From: Escherichia phage LPEK22
Sequence record: OK283619.1
Length of the DNA: 64,000 bases
Strand: one strand, 5' to 3'
Positions 36,772-44,323 of this stretch are shown one piece after another (the first letter of the stretch is position 1; the number at the start of each line of letters is the position of its first letter). Made by a program: the position numbers and the translations under genes. The notes under the pieces are model-generated. The model searched no databases and had not been told where the DNA came from. It saw only the letters and a program-made list of their open reading frames with translations.

Positions 36772-36774
36772 ATA
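36768..36774 (+). promoter_or_regulatory. Late-promoter-like motif upstream of uvsW
   Basis: gctaaatactc, about 27 nt before the uvsW ATG. Confidence 0.4.
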
Positions 36775-36800
36775 CTCCATAATATTGGGGGAAATTAGTG

Positions 36801-38300
36801 ATGTCTGAGATCCAAATAGTCAAAGTGAACGAAGTTAGAATGCGGATCCTTACCGAGGATTATATCCGTGAAGAACTCAACGATTACTTCAAATTTGAAG
36901 ATCCTAATTTCCAACCGAATCCGTTCAGTAAATGGGACGGCGTAGTGCGGCTGTTCACAAAGAGTTCTGGGCTTATCGACATCGGCCTGTTATTTGAGGT
37001 GTTCAAATTCTGTAAGATGAACGGTTACACCATCAAATTAGATCCGACCTTAAAATATATTCAAGATATTCCGGATGAAGAAATTCATGCGTTCATCGAT
37101 ACATTGAATGCGGTGTACCGAGACGAAAACAAACAATATCAAAAAGCGATTGTCCGCGATTATCAATTTGATTCTGTTGCCACAGCAATACGCCAAAGCA
37201 GATGTGTCCTCGAAGCTGCCACGAGTGCTGGCAAATCCTTTATTTTGTACATCATGGCGCGTTACTACAGGCAACGCAGAGATGCCCTCGAAAGTAATCT
37301 GAGGACGTTAATTGTTGTACCATCCATTCATTTGGTGACTCAGTTGTATGACAACTTCGAAGAATATAGCCACGGGACAGAATGGAAGCCATTGATGAAC
37401 GTCCAGACAATATACGAAGGGGCAACGAAAGAGATTTTCAAACCCATAGTTATTTCAACTTGGCAAGGTATCCAGAACCAACCCAAAGAGTGGTTCCATC
37501 AATTTGGAGATATCGTCGTCGACGAAGTACATACATCAAAATCAGATAAATTGTCTTACATCTTGAACAACTGTATTAACGCTGATCAACGTTTGGGAGT
37601 AACCGGAACCCTGGCGAATACAAAGGTCGCAGGGTTACAAGTCGTTGCTCACTTTGGCGCATATCATAAAATTATTACAGCGCGCGATTTAATCGATCTA
37701 GGATATGCGGTAGACATCAATGTTAATATGATTGAAGTCATACATCCTATGGCAGACTGTATTGAAATGCACGGTGCTGAGTATCAAAAGGAAATAGAAT
37801 TCCTCATTGCTAACGAACGCCGCAATGAATTGATAGCCCGAATGGCTCTATCTTTGAAAGGGAACGTCGCAGTCATGTTCGAACGTATCGATGCACACAT
37901 GATGTTGGTTTATGAAATGCTATCGGCAGTCAAGAAAAACGTATTCGTCATCAACGGGGAAGTCAAGACAGAAGTTCGTAAACAGATTCAGGCTGCTATG
38001 GAAGAAGGGGAAGATATAACACTGTTGGCATCATATGGTACTATGCAACAGGGCGTATCTATCAAAAAACTCCATCATCTGATATTGGCCCATCCCAGCA
38101 AATCTTATATCCGTGTTATACAGACATTGGGGCGTTTGATGCGCCAGCATTCCTCTAAGGATGTTGCGCGAATCTGGGACCTGGTAGACAACCTGCGTTA
38201 CAACGGTTCCTACAACCATGCTCTCAGGCATTCTCATGAGAGATATAAATTTTATCTTATGGAGCGCCACCCTGTTAAAATGAAAAAAGTGGCGCTCTAA
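36801..38300 (+). CDS. uvsW: UvsW-like DNA helicase
   Basis: KWDGVVRL, ATSAGKSF (Walker A), STWQGIQNQPKEWFHQFG, DEVH, ASYGTMQQGVSIKKLHHLILAH, QTLGRLMR and WDLVD align along the length with T4 UvsW as recalled. ATG at 36801 (track start is GTG). Confidence 0.9.
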   Translation: MSEIQIVKVNEVRMRILTEDYIREELNDYFKFEDPNFQPNPFSKWDGVVRLFTKSSGLIDIGLLFEVFKFCKMNGYTIKLDPTLKYIQDIPDEEIHAFIDTLNAVYRDENKQYQKAIVRDYQFDSVATAIRQSRCVLEAATSAGKSFILYIMARYYRQRRDALESNLRTLIVVPSIHLVTQLYDNFEEYSHGTEWKPLMNVQTIYEGATKEIFKPIVISTWQGIQNQPKEWFHQFGDIVVDEVHTSKSDKLSYILNNCINADQRLGVTGTLANTKVAGLQVVAHFGAYHKIITARDLIDLGYAVDINVNMIEVIHPMADCIEMHGAEYQKEIEFLIANERRNELIARMALSLKGNVAVMFERIDAHMMLVYEMLSAVKKNVFVINGEVKTEVRKQIQAAMEEGEDITLLASYGTMQQGVSIKKLHHLILAHPSKSYIRVIQTLGRLMRQHSSKDVARIWDLVDNLRYNGSYNHALRHSHERYKFYLMERHPVKMKKVAL

Positions 38301-38305
38301 CCATT

Positions 38306-38671
38306 TCAAAGATCTTGGTTCACATAGGCGGGGGTTGCCTCGCCTTCTTTGTTGGAACCAAATAAACAGTCGATCGTGCCAATACATTGTTGTAGCACTT
38401 TCGGCTCAAGAATCTGAGAAAACAATTCTTCATTAGATGCCAGCAGTGGAACAACTTTCACTTCCCGCGCCTGGCCTTGTTGAATAATGCCAACATACAG
38501 ACCTTTGTTATTTGGGAGTAATGGTATCACCAACATCGGTGACACAATAAACCCCGATGTACAGAAAAGACTTTGTAAATAAACGCCTTTTAATGACGGA
38601 CGTTGTTCTGCTATGGAAAGAATTACTTCTTGGTCTTCCCCTACTGCGTATAAACCAACAAATTGCTTCAT
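38306..38671 (-). CDS. Hypothetical protein (121 aa), minus strand, divergent from the clamp gene
   Basis: ATG on minus strand, convergent with uvsW. Function unknown. Confidence 0.45.
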   Translation of the reverse strand: MKQFVGLYAVGEDQEVILSIAEQRPSLKGVYLQSLFCTSGFIVSPMLVIPLLPNNKGLYVGIIQQGQAREVKVVPLLASNEELFSQILEPKVLQQCIGTIDCLFGSNKEGEATPAYVNQDL

Positions 38672-39010
38672 ATATTATTTCTCACGTGTTAGCAAACTTG
38701 ACTACATAATAATGTCATGTTCTGTTTAGACCAAATAAAATATTTTAATTGTTGAATAAAAATCGCTTTCTTGTTGAACAATCCGTGCGTAATATACGAG
38801 TTGTGAGCTTTGCGAGCAACGAGTATTATCACGAGCGAAGCGAGTAGACTGATAAAGAAAGGTTTTATTAAAACAGAATATTATAAATGCCGTCAGGCAT
38901 TTATTTATCGCGCGTAGGGCAATTTATCACTTGTTCTATAACTACAAACACGCGATACTAATTTGCGTCAAATATGACTTGAACCCCACTATATTTTGAG
39001 GATACAACTA
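38672..39010. promoter_or_regulatory. Long AT-rich divergent intergenic region (about 340 bp) with short direct repeats
   Basis: Largest non-coding gap in the window. Lies between the divergent minus ORF at 38306-38671 and the clamp gene. Contains TTGTTGAA twice and a cluster of ACGAG/GCGAG repeats at 38796-38844. Confidence 0.4.
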
Positions 39011-39679
39011 ATGCAAGAGATCACTCTCTCCGAACGCACTTTACAACTGCTGGCTAACTTTGAAACCATCTGCCCCTCTATCGTTCTGGCACCTGGTAAA
39101 AAGTTGCGCACTGTTAACGATTCCAGTACAGTTATCGCTATTGCCGACATTGACGAAGACTTCCCGTTCGAATTCCCGATTCTGGATCTGACCAAATTGC
39201 TGGCAATCCAGCGTCTGCCGAGTTTTAAAGGCGGTAAAATTGAAATGTCGGAAGACCACATTTTGCTGAAAGGTGAAAACTCCCAACTGCAATTCTGGCG
39301 TTCCGCTAAAGAACTGACTGTCGTTCCGGCAGACAGCATCGATCTCCCGTCTGTAGAATTTGAAGCAACAGTCACTCCTGAAAAAATGAAAGAGCTGACC
39401 CGCGCATGTTCTACTCTGGGCCACAAAACTGTACGCCTGGTTGCCAGCGGCGGTAAAACTCGTCTGGTGGGCACGACCACTACTATCGACAATTCCAACG
39501 ATTACACTGTTGAGTTGGGTGAAACAACTCTGGGTGATTTTGCTATGCCTGTTGATGTGGTCAACCTGAAAATGATCGAAGGCAACTACGTGATCCGCGC
39601 CTGTGCCGAAATGCAACTGGTTAACTTCCAATCCGCAGACGGCACCATCAACTATTACGTCGGCATGCAGCTGGATTAA
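39011..39679 (+). CDS. Sliding clamp, T4 gp45-like
   Basis: LQLLANFETICPSIVLAPG parallels T4 gp45 (LLKNFATINSGIMLKSG). ATG at 39011 with RBS gagga (track start is TTG). Lies upstream of the clamp loader. Confidence 0.8.
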   Translation: MQEITLSERTLQLLANFETICPSIVLAPGKKLRTVNDSSTVIAIADIDEDFPFEFPILDLTKLLAIQRLPSFKGGKIEMSEDHILLKGENSQLQFWRSAKELTVVPADSIDLPSVEFEATVTPEKMKELTRACSTLGHKTVRLVASGGKTRLVGTTTTIDNSNDYTVELGETTLGDFAMPVDVVNLKMIEGNYVIRACAEMQLVNFQSADGTINYYVGMQLD

Positions 39680-39708
39680 TCAATAACGATTCGGCGCTTT
39701 ATTATCGG

Positions 39709-39740
39709 TGGCGGGGGTTTCCCCGCCCTTTGAAACGTTT
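39709..39740 (+). terminator. Hairpin, possible attenuator or terminator between clamp and clamp loader
   Basis: gcgggggtttccccgc hairpin followed by an interrupted T-run. Confidence 0.45.
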
Positions 39741-39757
39741 TATCTAAAGAGGCTGCA

Positions 39758-40747
39758 ATGTCTAACATCACTATCGTCACAGATCAATACGCGTGGGAAA
39801 ACAAATATCGTCCTGACAATCTGGATGAGATCGTCCTCCCTTCAGACGTCCGTGCAAAAATCCATGGCTATGTTACATCAGGCAATGGAAACATCCCCTC
39901 AATGCTGTTCTATTCCCCTCAGCCTGGTACGGGCAAGACTACTTCTGCTCTGGCTGTGTGTAACGAAATCGGTTGTATCAAACCGTTGATGATCAATGCG
40001 TCACTGGATAACAGCATTGATGTCATCCGTGACCGTGTTATTCAATACGCAACTGGCGTCAGTGTTTTCGGTGGCCGCAAAGTCGTTATCCTCGATGAAG
40101 TTGAGCGACTTTCCATGGCGGCGCAGGAATCCCTGAAAGGCATCGTAGAGAAAGTCTCAAAAAACTGCTCCTTCATCCTGACGACTAATGCGAAACAGCG
40201 CGTTAACGAACCTCTGCGTTCCCGCTGTCGTGAAATTGATTTTATCTGGTCTGAAAAGGAAGCAGATGAAGTTAAACTTCAATTCATGCGTCGTTGCGCA
40301 ACTATCCTGACAGAGGAAGGCATTCCGTATGAAGCTGGTGTAATTGCTTCCATTGTGAAATCATATTTCCCAGATAATCGCAAAATTATGGGAACTCTTC
40401 AGGATAATGCCACCACGTTTGGTAAAATCGATGAACGCGCTCTGGCACAGGTTAAAGCAGGGGAATTCCAAGCGTTGGTGGATTTCCTAAAAACCAATGA
40501 TTGGGCTGGGATGAAGCAGTGGGTGACCGACAACCAAAACTACATCACTGAAGATTTTTATTCCCGTTTCTTCCATTTCTGCGTTCCCCAGAACAAGGAA
40601 AAGACTCCTTTGATTCAAAACGAGTCAATCCCTGATCTGGTATGCGTATGTGGTCAGTCTCAGATTGAACATCGTTCCGTCGGCGACGTCTGGTTACACG
40701 GCGTTTACTTCTTGACTAACGTCATGCTCAACATCAAATGGAAGTAA
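39758..40747 (+). CDS. Clamp loader large subunit (AAA+), T4 gp44-like
   Basis: Walker A PQPGTGKTT, Walker B ILDEVERL, RFC-box-like SRC. Confidence 0.9.
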   Translation: MSNITIVTDQYAWENKYRPDNLDEIVLPSDVRAKIHGYVTSGNGNIPSMLFYSPQPGTGKTTSALAVCNEIGCIKPLMINASLDNSIDVIRDRVIQYATGVSVFGGRKVVILDEVERLSMAAQESLKGIVEKVSKNCSFILTTNAKQRVNEPLRSRCREIDFIWSEKEADEVKLQFMRRCATILTEEGIPYEAGVIASIVKSYFPDNRKIMGTLQDNATTFGKIDERALAQVKAGEFQALVDFLKTNDWAGMKQWVTDNQNYITEDFYSRFFHFCVPQNKEKTPLIQNESIPDLVCVCGQSQIEHRSVGDVWLHGVYFLTNVMLNIKWK

Positions 40748-40751
40748 TATT

Positions 40752-41174
40752 ATGGCCGCTCCGTCACTGTTCGATTACCTCGGTGCGTTGAATAGCACCA
40801 AAGAGAATCTGTTGATGACCGAAGACCCCGAAATCAGAAAGGCTTTTGATCCTTTCATGACTCGGCGCGGCCTTGCTCAGAGTAAAGACACGCTTGTGGT
40901 TGCCGAACAAATGAACCGCTTCCATGCCATTACTCCTTGGATGCAATGGAACCTGGCGTTTCATAGCATTCCGGCAAAACGTCGCTATGACAAGTGGTCT
41001 AAGAAGGGAGCTATGGATCCTGATGTGAAATTGATTTCTGAGTATTATTACATCAGTCCTGAAAAGGCTTCAGAATATGTTCGATTCCTGCCGAAAGAAG
41101 TCCTGGCTGAAATCAAGGCGAAGGTCGAACGTTCCAACAGCAACGAAAAAGCCAAACCGCGCAAGGCTAAGTAA
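40752..41174 (+). CDS. Clamp loader small subunit, T4 gp62-like
   Basis: IPAKRRYDKWSK parallels T4 gp62 (VPRGKRYGKWAK). Position immediately after the gp44-like gene. Confidence 0.7.
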   Translation: MAAPSLFDYLGALNSTKENLLMTEDPEIRKAFDPFMTRRGLAQSKDTLVVAEQMNRFHAITPWMQWNLAFHSIPAKRRYDKWSKKGAMDPDVKLISEYYYISPEKASEYVRFLPKEVLAEIKAKVERSNSNEKAKPRKAK

Positions 41175-41203
41175 TTCAAATAATTGTTAAAGGGGTATGA
41201 GTC

Positions 41204-41668
41204 ATGGCGCGTAATACGCTGGACATCTTAAAACTTTCAGCTGTCAACGATGAGGCCAGCATTGTTGACTGTATGGTTGAAGTTCAATTGAACCAAGACA
41301 AACCAGGGATTTTCCTGGGTATCAAGGAAACGCTGAGTCGGATAGGGGTTAACACTCGTCAAGAGCCTAACACCTTGTATCAAACGTGCCATATTCTGCA
41401 TAAATTTGGCAGATATCACATCGTGCATTTCAAGCATCTTTTCATGCTAGATGGGCACTACAACGGCTTTACGCGTGAAGATGTCCTGCGTATGAATCGG
41501 ATTATACGGCTTCTGGAGCAATGGAATATGGTTAAGATCTTGCATCCGGAACAAATAACCGAAGTGGCTGACATGTCTCGGATCAAAGTTGTAAAACATG
41601 ACCAAGTTTCTGAGTGGAAACTGGTTCCAAAATACACCATTCGCCCAAGTCGGGCAAAAAGCGAATAA
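41204..41668 (+). CDS. regA: RegA-like translational repressor
   Basis: LYQTCHILHKFGRYHIVHFKHLFMLDG and EWKLVPKYTI match T4 RegA (LYQSCHILQKKGLYYIVHFKEM, EWKLVPKYTI) as recalled. Confidence 0.85.
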   Translation: MARNTLDILKLSAVNDEASIVDCMVEVQLNQDKPGIFLGIKETLSRIGVNTRQEPNTLYQTCHILHKFGRYHIVHFKHLFMLDGHYNGFTREDVLRMNRIIRLLEQWNMVKILHPEQITEVADMSRIKVVKHDQVSEWKLVPKYTIRPSRAKSE

Positions 41669-41684
41669 CTGGAGTCGCTATATT

Positions 41685-42548
41685 ATGACAACTACATTTA
41701 ATAAAAACGTGAGATTGAATTTGGCTTTTGGTAATGCGGCTGGAGATATTACAGCCCCTGACTTCGGTAAAATTCGCAATCAGGCCAAACTGGTTCTGGA
41801 AGAGACCCGCGAATTACTGGAAGCGGCTTATTTCGATCATGACATCAAACTTGAGCTGGTGGCAACTCCAAAAGAAGACACCGATGATGTTGATATGGAT
41901 AAAATCCTGAAAGCCATCATGGACGCTCAGGGTGATATCACAACTGTTAATGACGGCGTGGCCCATATCGCTGGTTTTAATGGTGATGAATGTTTACAAC
42001 GCGTGTTTGCCTCTAACATGAGCAAATTTATTCGCTCAGAAGATGAAGTCGGTCCGGCACTGGAATATTATTATTCACGCGGTTTCCCAGATGGCCAGTT
42101 ACGCGTTGAAGGTGAATTCCCTCAGGCATGCATCAAAGTGAATGAGACTGTGATGTGGAATGGCAAAGAATATCCGAAAGGAAAATTCCTGAAAAACATG
42201 GCTGTGTTCAAAGAGCCTGATTTCTCTGATATGCTGACGAATACCCCTTCCCGTCAGATCAATGACATCGTTGCCAGCATGGCAATTGAAGAAGGTCAGG
42301 TATTTGTTGATGATATGAACGGCGTGGCGTTGGTATCTCCAAAAACGTTGGAAGTAATTCTTTCTATGGCAGTTGAAAAATCTTCTCGACCCGTAGATGT
42401 TAACGGCCAAATTGAAAGTTATGTGCCAGCGTATATCATTAACGATACCAATATGCCTAAGCTGTGTGGGGTGTGGGGTGCTAATGTTCGTGTATACGCG
42501 TGCGCACCTGTTCAAAACACTGTGACACACCTCTCTCGCTTCGATTAA
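41685..42548 (+). CDS. Hypothetical protein (287 aa); N-terminal region is possibly a MazG/HisE-like nucleotide pyrophosphohydrolase
   Basis: ATG at 41685 with GGAG RBS (track start at 41598 overlaps regA). LVLEETRELLEAA resembles the EExxE metal-binding helix of MazG-type all-alpha NTP pyrophosphatases. Weak. Confidence 0.45.
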   Translation: MTTTFNKNVRLNLAFGNAAGDITAPDFGKIRNQAKLVLEETRELLEAAYFDHDIKLELVATPKEDTDDVDMDKILKAIMDAQGDITTVNDGVAHIAGFNGDECLQRVFASNMSKFIRSEDEVGPALEYYYSRGFPDGQLRVEGEFPQACIKVNETVMWNGKEYPKGKFLKNMAVFKEPDFSDMLTNTPSRQINDIVASMAIEEGQVFVDDMNGVALVSPKTLEVILSMAVEKSSRPVDVNGQIESYVPAYIINDTNMPKLCGVWGANVRVYACAPVQNTVTHLSRFD

Positions 42549-42572
42549 TATAATCCGTTATTCACTAAACAA

Positions 42573-42600
42573 CAGAGGCTATAATGGCCTCTGTTTTTGT
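42573..42600 (+). terminator. Rho-independent terminator
   Basis: cagaggc/gcctctg stem with tataatg loop, followed by tttttg. Confidence 0.7.
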
Positions 42601-42617
42601 ATTCTAGAGAGGATACC

Positions 42618-43823
42618 ATGAAAGATAAACCACATGACATCCCATATTGCGGTGTCCGTGAAACCAAAATCAAATCAGCCCATCCTATGTTAAGTTCATT
42701 CCACCGCCAGCTGGCATATGAATGGATGAGGGATCGTTATGCGATACATGTCAAGAAGGACGTGCAATGCCTTCCAGCGCCATGGACGGATAATCCGGTA
42801 TTACGCCAAGTCAAGTTTTGTAACGTGCGGAGAGAGCACGATAGGCAGTCTCGAAATTTGATCAATAATATCATCCTCGATCAGGATCTCACGCTATCTG
42901 ACAAAATGTTCAACTGTGTATTGTTCCGCATGTACAACATGTGGGAACCTATACAGGCTTTGGGTGGTCCATGGACGATCGAAGAATTCGGAAACATAAA
43001 TCTTGAATGGTGTCGAGATGTTCTTCAGGAATTCGAATCTAAAGGTGGCAAAGTTTTCACCAATGCGTTTAATACAGGCGGTCTGAAACAATGCCTGGCT
43101 TTCCCTGAACTAGTTGTCAACCACAAGGAGCAACGCTTTGGCGGCATGAAGGTAAAAGTCCATCGGGTTGGCGGTGTTATAGATGAAATGGATTACAAGG
43201 TTGCCAAGAAGCTGGCCGAAGATAATCCTGGTGAATACAAAATAGAAGGCTGGGAACCATACATGCCGATGCGAGTCATCCGCTCTTTGAAGGCATTCGT
43301 CAACAAACACCCTCATTACTTTGATCGCCTCAGGGAATTTAGCCGTCCCGACTCTGTTTACCAGGCGATGTATGACGACATTGAGGGGCTTGGACCATTC
43401 TTGGCATACCAGATTTGGGTTGATTTTACATACATCGATGAATATCCATTCAGTGAAAACCACTTCACTATCGCTGGTCCAGGTTGCCGTGCTGGTATCG
43501 ATCTGTTATTTTTGGACAAGGACGGCATGACGCATGAAGAATGCATATTCTGGGTTCGTGATCATCAAGATCAATTGTTCGCTCAGTACGGGTATAAACG
43601 TAATGAATTTTGGTCGGCAGAAGAACCGGAAGACCGTTGCATGAATGTTATGCAGTTGGAGAACATGTTCTGTGAACTTCAGAAATATACCCGCTGCGTT
43701 GAGGCGGTGATGCGCGGGGAGAAACCTCGAGGAAAGGTGGGGTATAATGGTGGTGAAGTTAATCAGCCATTACAGAAGACTCCCGTTCGTTCTATTAATC
43801 TGTTAGAGAAGATGAAAAAATGA
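42618..43823 (+). CDS. Hypothetical protein (401 aa), unassigned enzyme-sized ORF
   Basis: ATG at 42618 with RBS agagagga (track start is TTG). No P-loop, no thymidylate-synthase or ThyX motif seen. Confidence 0.55.
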   Translation: MKDKPHDIPYCGVRETKIKSAHPMLSSFHRQLAYEWMRDRYAIHVKKDVQCLPAPWTDNPVLRQVKFCNVRREHDRQSRNLINNIILDQDLTLSDKMFNCVLFRMYNMWEPIQALGGPWTIEEFGNINLEWCRDVLQEFESKGGKVFTNAFNTGGLKQCLAFPELVVNHKEQRFGGMKVKVHRVGGVIDEMDYKVAKKLAEDNPGEYKIEGWEPYMPMRVIRSLKAFVNKHPHYFDRLREFSRPDSVYQAMYDDIEGLGPFLAYQIWVDFTYIDEYPFSENHFTIAGPGCRAGIDLLFLDKDGMTHEECIFWVRDHQDQLFAQYGYKRNEFWSAEEPEDRCMNVMQLENMFCELQKYTRCVEAVMRGEKPRGKVGYNGGEVNQPLQKTPVRSINLLEKMKK

Positions 43824-44227
43824 AACCCGTAAAACATCATCGTTCATGGAAAGTATGCCCAGCGTGTTCAAGTCGGGCGACAAAATTGTTCAACATGAAT
43901 ACTGGGAAATATGAATGTCAAGTCTGTCGGCATCATTATGATGATCCAAAATGTCGATCTTTGGTCGACAAAATTTATAAATTTATCATTTTGTTGGGTA
44001 ATTGCGAGCAATATCAATATACCGTGTATGGTGATAGTTTAAGCCAGATCGATAAACATCTTTTGAAATTGATTTCGAAATACGATAAAGAAAGCAAGCG
44101 CCCTGTGCGCGTTGTGAGTACTCCAAAGGGTTATCCAAAGGGAACAAGATCAGTTACGGTTGTTGGTTACACCAGTTATGACGGGAAACGGTTCAGAAGT
44201 ATTCGAGTAAACATGATTCCCGTTTAA
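43820..44227 (+). CDS. Zinc-ribbon protein (135 aa)
   Basis: CPAC...CQVC pattern. ATGA overlap with the upstream gene. Confidence 0.5.
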   Translation: MKPVKHHRSWKVCPACSSRATKLFNMNTGKYECQVCRHHYDDPKCRSLVDKIYKFIILLGNCEQYQYTVYGDSLSQIDKHLLKLISKYDKESKRPVRVVSTPKGYPKGTRSVTVVGYTSYDGKRFRSIRVNMIPV

Positions 44228-44323
44228 ACTTTTCAATAAATCTTTTCAGCGTATATTGACCTCACTTTAACGACGCGCCCCGATAAGGGCGCTCACTTTG
44301 AACTGAAACAGGAAGACTATACC

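Noticed and set aside
38306-38671. Calling the minus-strand 121-aa ORF as UvsY
   Set aside because: It is near uvsW as uvsY is in T4, but no sequence similarity to T4 UvsY was recognisable, so it is left as hypothetical.
41598-41684. Track start at 41598 for the ORF after regA
   Set aside because: That start would overlap regA by about 70 nt. The in-frame ATG at 41685 has a GGAG RBS and sits just after the regA stop.
42618-43823. Assigning the 401-aa ORF as thymidylate synthase, dUMP hydroxymethylase or a P-loop kinase
   Set aside because: No Walker A, no PCH-type catalytic Cys context and no ThyX RHR motif are visible. Any specific enzymatic assignment would be a guess.
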